Shown: positions 14,525 through 26,700 of the stretch, piece by piece
Position numbering within the stretch: position 1 is the first letter of the stretch
Layout: every line of letters starts with the position of its first letter
Program-made: the position numbers and the translations under genes
Notes under the pieces: generated by a model
What the model was told of the DNA's origin: nothing
What the model saw: only the letters and a program-made list of their open reading frames with translations
Databases searched by the model: none
Source of the DNA: Octopus vulgaris
Taxonomy: Eukaryota
NCBI GenBank assembly: GCA_951406725.2
Contig: OX597834.1
Location: 10,292,001-10,356,000 of the forward strand
Reading direction: 5' to 3'
Length of the DNA stretch: 64,000 nt

Positions 14525-14761
14525 ATTGGTAAAACGGTAAGATAACAAAAGAAAGAAAGAGACCTCAATATTATGTAAATAGAGGAAATTTATCTATAAA
14601 ATAATATGTTACATTACTCGATAGTCAAGATAAAACTCTGAGTTTCAGATGCCAAAGTGGGAATCCACAACGTCATCTCTTCCTCGAATGACGTTGTGGA
14701 TTCCCACTTCGGCATCTGAAACTCAGTTTTATCTTGACTATCGAGTAATGTAACATATTAT
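14525..14761. mobile_element. Fold-back element with ~75-bp near-perfect arms (14601-14676 / 14688-14761); hammerhead remnant
   Basis: ataatatgttacattactcgatagtcaagataaaactctgagtttcagatgcc...cgtcat is inverted after an 11-nt loop. The - strand retains GAAGA GATG...CATC T GAA ACTCAGAGT T, with the same helix III as the 49.9 kb element. Confidence 0.8.
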
Positions 14762-14762
14762 A

Positions 14763-14804
<42 letters not shown>

Positions 14805-14806
14805 TA

Positions 14807-15033
14807 TTGTGTCTGGGGAGAGTCATTTTCTTTTTGTTCTTTATAATGTAACACCCATCGATAAAATTTCCACTTATTTCGTATTTTTATTTTCCTATAA
14901 ACAGTCAAGACTATTCAAAAGGTTGCAAGACGCAACGAAAATTTTAGGAAAGTAAAAATAATAAGTGGAAATTTTACCGGTGAGTGTGTTACATTATAAG
15001 GCACTAAAGGCAAATGACTATCCCCAGACATAA
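14807..15033. mobile_element. Fold-back element with central hammerhead-like motif (14911-14947, +)
   Basis: Arms tgtgtctggggagagtcattt...tttccta / taggaaa...aaatgactatccccagacata. Centre CTA TTCAAAA G GTTGC-AAGAC-GCAAC GAA AATT T TAG (U3:A8, G5 mutated). Confidence 0.75.
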
Positions 15034-15104
15034 CAGAATATGCTTCAACACAGGAACTCATAAAGAATCTTGCAAACCAAATCCAAAAACGAAATATGTA
15101 TATG

Positions 15105-15342
15105 TATGAAAGAAGGTTTGAAAATGAACAGATCTTTTAGAGATGTGTTTTGACTTGACGGGTTTCACATTTTTAGAAAAAGATTATCAAAAGTAAAATG
15201 TTGCGTTAAAATTTGATAACCATTTTTTAACGCAACAAAGCTTGACATTTTAATTTTGATAATCTTTTCTAAAATAGTGAAACCTGTGAAGTCAATAATA
15301 TATCTCTAAAAGACCTATGGCTTTAAAAATTTTCCTTCATAT
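15105..15342. mobile_element. Fold-back element with U3:A8 hammerhead-like motif in both arms
   Basis: - strand 15153-15194 reads ACTT TTGATAA TCTTTTCTAAAAATGT GAA ACCCGT C AAGT. The + arm has TTGATAA...GAAACCTGT G AAGT. Helix II is weak or degenerate. Confidence 0.65.
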
Positions 15343-15390
15343 ATATTTTCACTCGTGCGCTACCTTACAACTTTACTTTGAATACTCTTT

Positions 15391-15804
15391 CTTTTACTCT
15401 TTTACTTGTTTCAGTCATTTGACTGTGGCCATGCTGGAGTACCACCTTTAATCGAGCAACTCGACCCCGGGACTTATTCTTTTGTAAGCCCAGTACTTAT
15501 TCTATCGGGGTCTTTTGCCGAACCGCTAAATAACGGGGACATAATCACACCAGCATCGGTTGTCAAGCAATGCTAGGGGGACAAACACAGACACACAAAC
15601 ACACATACACACACATATATATATATATATATACATATATACGACGGGCTTCTTTCAGTTTCCGTCTACCAAATCCACTCACAAGGTTTTGGTCGGCCCG
15701 AAGCTATAGTAGAAGACACTTGCCCAAGGTGCCACGCAGTGGGACTGAACCTGGAACCATGTGGTTGGTAAGCAAGCTACTTACCACACAGCCACTCCTG
15801 CGCC
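15391..15804 (-). mobile_element. SINE family A, full length
   Basis: Reverse complement of the 13672 copy; ends ...ccacacagccactcctgcgcc. Confidence 0.9.
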
Positions 15805-15823
15805 TGTGTGTATATATATATAC

Positions 15824-15877
<54 letters not shown>

Positions 15878-15984
15878 TATGTGTGTTCTCTTTACTGAAG
15901 AACGATTCTAATGGCTCTGTTTATATGACATTAAACGTCAAATTTTACGCGTTTTTCAAGGTAATGTGTTTTTTCTTTTTATAG

Positions 15985-16089
15985 GTAGTTTTCGATGGAT
16001 TATCGGGCCGAGTAATGTTCGATCATAAGGGAGAGAGATCAGATTTTTCCCTGAATGTTTTGAAGCTGAAAGATCAAGGTTTGACAAAG
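15985..16089 (+). CDS. GRIK2-like: Kainate-type iGluR internal exon (ATD C-terminal part), 105 nt, phase 0-0
   Basis: ttttcttttttatag|GTA...AAG|gtgagt. Translates VVFDGLSGRVMFDHKGERSDFSLNVLKLKDQGLTK (cf. GluK2 [33 protein letters not shown]). Not in the ORF track. Confidence 0.93.
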
Positions 16090-16338
16090 GTGAGTGGTAC
16101 TTTGTTTCTGAGTGCTTCGATAGAATTCCATTTTTATTCATATGACATAGCATGAACATCGCCCGTATATACATACATTAAATTCATACGCACACAAAAA
16201 TACACGCTCACACACACACACTTTTTCTCTCACACTCACATACATACACACAAACACAGAGAAACGTGTGTCTGAGTGGATAAGTCTGCGCGGATATTCA
16301 TATATGAATATATGTGTGTATGTATGTGTGTATATATA

Positions 16339-16371
<33 letters not shown>

Positions 16372-16404
16372 GTGTGTGTGTGTGTATATATATATATGTG
16401 TGTG

Positions 16405-16437
<33 letters not shown>

Positions 16438-16462
16438 GTGTGTGTGTGTATATATATATATA

Positions 16463-16536
<74 letters not shown>

Positions 16537-17208
16537 GCGCGCGAGAGAGAGAGAGAGAGGGTGTGTGTGTATGAGAGAGAGAGAGGGAGAGAGAGAGACT
16601 CACATATACACAGACATCGATTAAAACATCCTTCTGAAATTACACTTAGATAATGAGATTGTTTCATATTTTCTTTTGCCATCGTACCTTAAAGAGTTGA
16701 TCGCTGAATCTTGTTTGTCCAAGCCTACATATATATTCTTTTATTTATTACTATTTTTACATTACATTTTTCCTGTGTTATGCGTATTCCATTCATTATT
16801 AATAAACCCTCAGCGCGCGCTCATAATTCTTTGCAGGACATTTATGTTTGTTATTAAATCTTTGCTATCCAGCCTTGTTCTGTGCTGTATCAAATATTGT
16901 ATTACAAAATGCTTCATGCTGTATAAGAATGGTGTGTTGGTCGAGGTATGTCATTCATGTCAAACCAATATTACAGTTGTATTCATGAAGTTAACAACAT
17001 TCATATTTGCAATCGAATTTGTAAAGCATTCTTCGTTAATGATCTGCAGACGGTCTTACAGGATTTTGGCAACTTTGACTGTGTACCAGACTTCCTAATA
17101 TACATAATGTCAGTGATGAAATCCTTTGTCTGAACAGCATTTAAATTCTCTTTCACCAATGATGTAGTACCAGTCAATACAGGCATTCACTTGCAAATGT
17201 TAGCTTCT

Positions 17209-17631
17209 AAGGCGGTGAGCTGGCAGAAACGTTAGCATGCCTGGCGAAATGCTTACCAGCATTTTGTCTGCCGCTACGTTCCGAGTTCAAATTCCGCCTA
17301 GGTCGACTTTGCCTTTCATCCTTTCGGGGTCGATAAATTAAGTACCAGTTACGCACGGGGGTCGATATAATCGACTTAATCCGTTTATTTGTCCTTGTTT
17401 GTCCTCTCTGTGTTTAGCCCCTTGTGGGTAGTAAATAAATAGAAATAGGTATTTCGTCTGCCGTTACGTTCTGAGTTCAAATTCCGCCGAGGTCGACTTT
17501 GCATTTCATCCTTTCGGGGTCGATAAATTAAGTACCAGTTACGCACTGGGGTCGATGTAATCGACTTAATCCGTTTGTCTGTCCTTGTTTGTCAACTCTT
17601 TGTTCAGCCCCTTGTGGGCAGTAAAGAAATA
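17209..17631 (+). mobile_element. SINE family B, head plus tandem dimer of body
   Basis: aaggcggtgagctggcagaaacgttagc head. The body ...gagttcaaattccgccgaggtcgactttgcctttcatcctttcggggtcgataaattaagtacc... is repeated via the junction gaaatag|gtatttcgtctgcc at 17449. Confidence 0.88.
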
Positions 17632-18039
17632 AGCTAAAACTTGCAGACACTAGAACAGAATGAATACAAGTACAACACTATAAATACATCAGCAACATCG
17701 GTTAAAACTAAACACAAACCATACAGAAAGCGTTTTCAATGCATCCAATGCATATTAACTATAGGTTAGATGGACAGGTTAGCAAAATATATATAAAGCA
17801 GAAGACAAACTGCATTGTACTGAACTGTAATCTAACGCTAATAAAAGGTTACAAGCCGTTAATGATCAATGTAATTTGCAATTTCTGTTGTGAAAATAAA
17901 ATAGAAGTCATAAACTCTCCACGACACCAATTTGTATATTTATGCGGGCAAGTTGGTGATTGCCTGTATACGAACATCCAAACATATACATACACACACA
18001 CACATATATATATATACACTCACACACACACATATATAC

Positions 18040-18128
<89 letters not shown>

Positions 18129-19663
18129 TATTCACACACACACACACACACATATATATGAACAAAAATAAAAGTGTTCCTTATCAATTAGGGTACATAA
18201 TATATCAGTAAATTTGCATACAATTTTAATTATCATGAATAGTAAAATTTCATGTTTATAAATATATACATGTATTTGTTTGTATGCATGTATGTATTAA
18301 ATGTGTGTATGTAGATGTGTGTGTGTTAGCACCTGCGCGCGCGTGTTTTAATGGGCTTATAATCGCGTAAGGTAGTGATTCGGTAGTATTGATTCGTATG
18401 TTCAGGGAAGACATTTTATGGTGAGAGAAAATATATTTAATGTTTACGGCAGCGCTTAGCATAAAAGTCTGAAAGTCTGAAGAATGCAGAAGCATTCTTA
18501 ATTCTTGATTCTCATTCAAGGTGATGAGAATTAAGGTCGTGAAGAGAAGAAACTAAAGAGGTCACACTTTTATTGCAAAATCATCCACATTGTTTTACGT
18601 TTGGTTTTCTTTTGTTCGAGCAGAATTTTATTTCCTCATTAATTTAACTCGTGATTGGATGGAGCAGTCACATTCGCGTATATCTTAAAATTATTTCCGA
18701 GGTCGGACCCTGAATCATATATAATGTGTGGTAGAGCAGGGCCTTTAAATTACAAGTACCACTCCAGTTGATGTTCGTCCACAACACACCTAATTCACCG
18801 GGATATGGAAACACCGAGATCGAATGAATGCATGGTATCACTTCGTGTCACCTCAGTTAATGCTATCCTGAAACGACCAATCTCATAAGAGCACAAGCTT
18901 CCCATTATTGACCACAGTATGTGTTGATAGATATGCACGATATCTTCGCAAACACATCTTAGAATGACAAAGTTTGTAGCACTAAGGCTATAATTATTTG
19001 TCACTCATTATATACAGTACATCTGTTAATTTTATATAAGCCAAACGACTGGGAAATTGAAATCTTCCTTTTAAATCATGTTCGCGATTTGAAAATATCT
19101 CTGATAGATCTCCCGATCTCCGATTTATCTCTTTAAGTAGATTAAAATGCTGTAGTCTCCGTCAGAGAGTTTAGAAAACAAGTTTTGAAATCTGACAGAA
19201 TTTAAACTTCTTGTGCACTTGCACTCGTCAACCGTGATATTTCTGTAGGAAATGCTTGTGACATGAAGTATTAATTATCCAGCATAGAATGACGACATGT
19301 AGATAGATGTACGTACCTACCTGCTAGCTAAATTTCGTGAACAAGTCTTTCTATAATCGTTGGAATCATGCAATGCTATCTGTAAAACTGTATCTAAGAA
19401 GTTTCAACATATATATCTAGGTTACGCTACTTCGAGCTTTTAGGTGCAACAAAAAGCATCAATTTTGAAATGTCTGAGCTCATACGATACATACTGCGTT
19501 AAAAAGCTATTATTTTCGTTCTTAGAGCTTCATTAAAGAAGTTCTTCTTCCGTGTGTTTCTAAAACATGTTATTTGTAAATCAGTTAAGTGTAAATCTAA
19601 GGTTTATATAAGAGCATACACTATCGATGTGTTCAGTTAAATTGATAACAGAAACCAAGAACT

Positions 19664-20210
19664 TACATTATTTACATTATTAATTTTTCACGGATATTTG
19701 TCCTCCTTTTGTTTGTTGTTAACACAACATTTCGGCTGATATACCCTCCAGCCTTCATCAGGTGGCTTGGGGAAATTTCGCACCTGGGTTCTCATTCCTC
19801 AGGTATACTTTGATGTTGTTGTGGTGGTGGTTATTATTATTATTACTATTATTATTATTATTAATATTCAGTTCACTGCCTGGAATCGAACTCGGAATAT
19901 TGGGGTTAGTAGCCCGCGCTCTTTACCACGATGCCCACGGACATGTGGTGTAGTTATTAAGAGGGCGGGCTACTAACTCCAAGATTCCAAGTTCAATTCC
20001 AAGCAGTGACCTGAAAAAACCAATAATAACAACATCGGAAAATACCGTAGGAATGAGAACCCATGTTCTAAATTTCCCCAAGACACCCGATGAAAGCTGG
20101 AGAGTATATCACCCGAAACGTTGTGTTAACAACAAACAAAAGGACAAATACCCGACAAATGTAAATAATGTAAATAATGTGCATAATTCCCGATCTCTTA
20201 AATATACAAT
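19664..20210. mobile_element. Head-to-head palindromic pair of a tRNA-headed element with a 3' hammerhead ribozyme
   Basis: tRNA-like heads at ~19871-19936 (-) and ~19939-20012 (+), with B boxes GTTCGATTCC/GTTCAATTCC and an (AAT)n linker. Hammerheads at 19723-19764 (-) and 20083-20126 (+). Confidence 0.8.
19723..19764 (-). ncRNA. Minimal type-I hammerhead ribozyme (canonical CUGAUGA core)
   Basis: CAC CTGATGA A GGCTG-GAGGGTATAT-CAGCC GAA ATGT T GTG. The sister copy has the palindromic helix III ACGT. Confidence 0.75.
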
Positions 20211-21455
20211 TGAACGAAAAACTTATATTAAAAAAAACAATAATATATAAAATAAATAATTACTTGAAGCAAAATAATAGATATTTGGTGGCAATACTTT
20301 ACTAAGGTTCCAATGGTATTCACGGTTTATTTATTTAAGCAAATATGCCTCTGTTACAGTTGAATCCAATGGAGCTAAACCAGCTAGAGACAGTTTCCAA
20401 CCGTGACTAGGCCCATTAAATTCGATCCACTCAGTATCTTCCCTACTTTATCGACAATCATTAAGTGTACTTGATGAAATCTCATCAATTTGGCTTTTCT
20501 GATGCGGAATATATCCGATTAGAAAGGCTTAGAATTTTTCAAGAATAATTTATTGGGGAAAGTGACCGAGAATCTATTCCATACAAGCACATGTTAATGA
20601 CAATAAAAGCCGAAGGAAGTTGGCTGCCGATTAATAATAAAACTATAAGAAATTACGAACTTGGCCCCATCAGGAGATTCCGTAGAGTGGAAGGTAAGAT
20701 ACAGGAAGGCGCTCGAACAGAAAGTATGCAGATTCTTGAAAATCTGCTTGGGCCATCCACACTCTGCTAAAGAGTAAGAGAGCGCCATGCTTTATTGTTT
20801 TATATAGTGTTCTAATGAATATCCTACTTAGTCTTTCGTATAGTTATAATAATAGTGTCTGATAATTTCTTTGTATCATAATAACAGAAATAAAATGAAT
20901 GTTTCCATGGTTTAGCAGCTTGAGTCTCCTCTTATCAATACATTGTAAACAGTTGTCTCAAGGAGTGGTTCTTAAGAGCTTCTAGAATGTTTAGTGAATT
21001 ATGTTCTGCTTTGTACTAAGTGACCTCTTCTTTTATACTGCTTTACACTAAGTAGCCTCTACTATACAGTAGGAAGGAAAAACAAGAGGTTATCGAAGGT
21101 GGCAGGATGATGATGTCGCCGTTCCTTCTTCTTCCAACCACGCCATTAACCACACGGAATAATCTCTAATTTGAGCCAACTCGAAGCTACTAAGAATGCG
21201 TGTGGCAACTTGAAGATCCACCTACCACACGCGATAGACTGGCGGTTTCACAGCGCGAAAGCTACGTTGTTATCCTCGTTCTGTAAACGGTAGCTTTTTA
21301 ACGGGTGGACAGCTGAACCAAACTGGGGTACAGAGGATTCGCAATCTAGACTAGGGTCTGAAAGTTCACCAAATCATAGTGGGTTACACTATGGTTCCTC
21401 TGCTTTGTGGCAGAAGTAGGAAGAAAGATTGAGAGAAATTTGTAGTGAAAAAGTA

Positions 21456-21855
21456 CAGGAGTGGCTGTATGGTAAGTAGCTTGTTTACCAACCACATGGT
21501 TCCGGGTTCAGTCCCACTTCGTGGCACTTTGGGCAGGTGTCTTCTACTATAGCTTCGGGCCGACCAAAGCCTTGTGAGTGGATTTGGTAGGCGGAAACTG
21601 GAAGGAGCCCGTCGTGTATATATATATATATATATATATATAATGTGCGTGTATATTTGTGCGTCTGTTTGTCTCCCTAGCATTGCTTGACAACCGATGC
21701 TGGTTTGTTTACGTCCCCGTCATTTAGCGGTTCGGCAAAAGAGGCCGATAGAATAAGTACTGGGCTTACAAAAATACGTCCTGGGGGCGAGTTTCTCGAT
21801 TAAAGGCGGTGCTCCAGCATGGCCGCAGTCAAATGACTGAAACAAGTAAAAGAGA
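21456..21855 (+). mobile_element. SINE family A, full length
   Basis: Same head, CORE-like block and tail as the 13672 copy. Confidence 0.9.
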
Positions 21856-21857
21856 GC

Positions 21858-22130
21858 GGGTTTACGAGGACAAGGGTTCCAGTTGATCTGGTCAATAGAA
21901 CAGCTTGCTCGTGAAATTAACGTGTAAGGGGTTGAGCACTCCACAAACAAGCGTATCCTTAATTAGATCTCAGGGAGATTCAGCGAGATAGAATGTCACA
22001 AAGCTGATCCTTTTGAATTACAGGTGCAGCTCAGTTTTTCCAGCTGAGTGGACCGGAGCAACGGAAAATAAACACGCCGCCAGGAATCGAACTCACGACC
22101 TTACGATCGTGAGACGAATGCCTTAACACC
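21858..22130 (-). mobile_element. tRNA(Arg)-like-headed SINE (family C tail)
   Basis: The - strand head has anticodon loop tcACGat and B box GTTCGATTCC. The tail gtggagtgctca...cacgttaatttcacgagc...actggaaccct is shared with 34300-34460. Confidence 0.7.
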
Positions 22131-24013
22131 TCAAACCGCGCGTAGTCGTGAAGTAATTCCAGAAATTTGGTCTTGAAATATATTTTGAATCCCTCCAGAA
22201 TGATCGAATACAAATTCGCATGAACACCTGCATTCGTCTATGACTTCATTAAACGTAAGATGCTTTTGCGAATTGACGTTGGCGCCTGTGACCCCGAGAA
22301 ACGACATAGACACTCTTTCGATTCTCCCACACTTTGACCCAATGACGCGTCCTGGATGTGACACCTGGAGAGAAAATATAGGGAGAAAAAAGAGAGGGCG
22401 AAGGACTTAAATGGGAGGGAGAAGAGAGGGTGGAAGGACTTAGAGGGGAAGGAGAGAAGGGCAAAGAAAAAATGAGAAAAGTGATAGAGAGAAGGAGACA
22501 GAAACCGAATACTAGTGCACTCTCTCCATCTCTCTGTCTATGCATTTTCAGGTGAGATAATTGTACCCACACGAAATGTAGCGACCCGTTGAAACACAGC
22601 TCGCTGTAGAGTCTCGAATTTAAAAATACAACGTTATGATTGCGAATCGAAAATCTTAACCTCTAGGTAACGCGCAATGCGTTAAAAAAATTCACGTTTC
22701 GATCCAGCATGGCCACAGCTCGTGAGCTGAAACTAGATAAAATATATATGACAGCCTTCTTTCAGTTTCCGTCTATCAGAACCATTCACAAGGCTTTGGT
22801 GGTCCCGAGGCTATAGTAGAAGACAATTACACAAGGTGCCACGCAGAGGTACTGAACCCAGAACCATGTGGTTGGGAAGCAGGCTTCTTACAACATAGCC
22901 ACGCCTGCACCTATATAAATACACATTTATACATATTTCTGAATACCCAATTAGATATATACTCATACAATAACGTATGCTTCAACTGAAAGATTCTTAC
23001 GTGTATGAGGTTCCATGAGAGATGAGAGTATCAAAGAATAAACGTAATATTCGCATAGAAAATACAGTTTTCAAGACAGTTATTTCCAATCGAAAAACCT
23101 ATTGTCATTATTAGTTCATTTCCATATCCTCCAGAAAACTTTACCATCCTCTGTTCATGCCACTAACTTAATGATCTCTGACGATGATAAATGATGTATA
23201 AATTAATACATCTCGATTGCATAGTGCATAACAAGCCCATCAGCTAATTATGTAATCCCTCATTTATTTCAAGGTTTTATTAAATATGTGCCGTTTATTT
23301 TTCTGGGTTTTTTTTTTTTCCTGTGCATAACCTTTCAAAGAATTTTAAGAATGAATATGTGTGTTATAACATGTAGAAATGGTTCTTGCCAGCGGAATGA
23401 AATAAATTACTTGGCGAGAAATTACATAGATATCATATAATGCTCGTTTAAAATTGGAACAATCGAATGACAATGTGTGTGTGTGTGTATGTGTAGGTGT
23501 GTGTTTGCGTGAGCTCGTGTGTACGTTGTGTGCGTGCGTACGTGTGTGAGAGAGAGTTTTATCGTATCTATATTGTACAACTACGGATATTTAATTTACT
23601 GTTATATGTATGTACTTATAAACACACACACATATATACACACACATACACACATATATACACACACATACGCACATATATACACACACATACGCACATA
23701 TATACACACACATACGCACATATATACACACACATACATACACACACACATACACACATATATAAACACACACATACACACACACACACATATATACACA
23801 CACACACACATATATATATACACACACACATATATATACACACACACATATATATATACACACACACACACATATATATATACACACACATATATATACA
23901 CACACATATATATATACACACACATATATATATACACACACACATATATATACACACACATATATATATACACACATATATATACACACACATATATATA
24001 CACACACATATAT

Positions 24014-24045
<32 letters not shown>

Positions 24046-24683
24046 GTTAGTATGAATGTATATCTATACGCATGTATGCGTATGTATACATGTATGAGCA
24101 TATAATGTGTATATATATGTGTGTGTGTGCATATATATGTGGATATGTGTGTATGACTATATATATATCCAATAAATACATACATAACACGCATATATAC
24201 ATACACACACACATACATACATACAAACACACATGCATACACACACACACACACATACACACACATACATTTTTCATCACTACAGTGCTACTCTTTTGCA
24301 GGCTAAAGTAAATATCGAATAATTTGCTTAACATATTTTAGTCAGTAAGGGTTGCCTCCCTTGTTAACGGTATCTTACAACTATTTCCCCATATACCAAG
24401 TAACACATGAATATATCGTATTTAAACACTGAAAATGGCCAAAGATATGAAGTATAGAGGCACAGAGCTATTTATAACCAGATCTAATTCTTGGATCGGA
24501 GTTTAAAAATAAAGAAATTGAAAAAAGTTGGTCAATTTTAATACATAAATGACGAATCGTTTGGCGCAAAGGCTGAACGCACATGCGCCGTTTTCGACGG
24601 GAGAGTCCACGCGCGCGTGTGTGTGTGTGTATACACACATATGCATTTATATATGTTTGTATATTTATATACCTACACACACA

Positions 24684-24721
<38 letters not shown>

Positions 24722-24914
24722 TGTATGTATGGTTTATGTTTGTATGTATGTATTTATATATATATACTAATATATACAGACACACGCTCAAATAAAATAT
24801 ATATGTATACACACAAATTCACGCGCACGCACGCACACACACGCACACATATATATATATACACATATATACATACATACATACATACATACACACACGC
24901 ATACATACCTGGTT

Positions 24915-25256
24915 TCTCAACCACATGTTTCCGGGTTCAGTCCGACTGCGTGGCACCTTGGATAAATGTTTTCTGACTTAGCCACGGGCCGACCAAATCC
25001 TTGTGAGTGGATTTGGTATACGGAAACCGAGAGAAACTCGTCCTATATATTTGTGTGTGTGTTAGTGTGTCCACCATCGCTTGACAACCGATGTTGGTGT
25101 TTTTACGTCCCTGTATCCTAAGTAGTTCGGCAAAAGAGAGCGATAGAATAAGTATTAGGCTTACAAAGAATAAGTCCTGGAGTCGAGTAGTTCGACTAAA
25201 GGTGGTGCTCCAGCATGGCCGCAGTCAAATGACTGAAATAAGCAAAAGAATAAAAG
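24915..25256 (+). mobile_element. SINE family A, 5'-degenerate
   Basis: ccacatgtttccgggttcagtcc...gactgaaataagcaaaagaata. Confidence 0.8.
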
Positions 25257-25282
25257 TATATACACACACAATTATATGTGTG

Positions 25283-25353
<71 letters not shown>

Positions 25354-25448
25354 GCGTACATACGTGTGTGCTTCATACGTATTTATGTGTATATGCGTAT
25401 ATATACAGGTATATATTTAAACACAAATACACACTCTCACACACGTGT

Positions 25449-25487
<39 letters not shown>

Positions 25488-26500
25488 TATACCCACACAT
25501 ACACACACACTCATGCAGTTGATAAGGCATCAATTTTTATCATTCATTGATACGAACTTTATTCACGCATATACACACATATATATATAAGTACATGATA
25601 ACAGTTAGACGTACTCATCTTTTCGATATATTTATATATATCCAATATATTTATTTTGATCAACATCAGAAATATCCGCTAGCCCAACATCTGTCATGTT
25701 ACATACTTCCTGTTGTGAGTGTAAGACTGCCAACGTACTCTATTTATAAACGTACTTGCTTGGGGCAACTCACCTGAACAAAATTCACCTCTGACTAAAA
25801 TTTCGTAGCTTCAATACGTTTAGCAAAATATAGCTAAACATTCCTAGGTACTTTTCTTCCTTCCTTACTTTCTTTCTTCCTTCCTTTGTTTGTTTGTTTG
25901 TTTCGTTATCTATTTATTTATCTATATTTTTTGGTCGCGCAATGGGTGGCGAGAAATATTTAGTTTGACATTTTCGAAACGGAAGTTGTTTTTCATACCT
26001 ACATTTTTTTTCTGCATTATTGTTGTCGTATTTGCTATTATTATTATTATTATTATTAGTATCATCATTATTATTATTATTAAATTTATTTATTTATTTA
26101 TTTATCTACTTATTTGATTAAGGGCGCTGTACTGGCAAACTAGGTAGATCGGAAAACAGAATTTTTAATCTTATTTTCTTTTTATTCTACACCCCTTACT
26201 CTTTTTCCTCTCTTTGATTTCTGAGTTCAAACTGCGCTGAGGGAGGTCAAAATTACATTTGTTTATCCTTCGGGGCTCAACTATGCAAATTTCCAGTCAA
26301 ATACAATAAGCCGATGAAATCGATTATACACTTTCCAAAAAATATATCCCTTGTGTCTTCAACGTATATTATATGGACTTGTTTGCAAACTAGTCTGATT
26401 CTCTTAATGAAGACCCTATTGTCAGTGAAAAGAAAAAAAAGAGGGGAGTAGCTCTTTAGCCAGTCGCTCCATTTGCCAAATAGTAGAGAGAACTATATGG

Positions 26501-26700
26501 GGATCTTTTCGGTTTAAACGGCACTTTTTTCTAGCGATGTCATATGAAATTGTCACACATAATTATGACCCTAGAATCGATCTATTGCATTTCAATCTCT
26601 TTTAGGGTTAGTTAGTTAGTGTATCTTTTTTTCTTCACAAATGTAAATAAACCTAATCTGTTTCTTAAGCGAGGGACATATTCATACGGCACAATGCCTT
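26501..26700 (+). mobile_element. Truncated copy of the TIR element at 35719
   Basis: ggatcttttcggtttaaacggca...gagggacatattcatacggcaca; the right TIR is absent. Confidence 0.75.

Noticed and set aside
15952-15984. Alternative acceptor 24 nt upstream of exon 15985
   Set aside because: It would include an in-frame TAG. No support beyond the motif.
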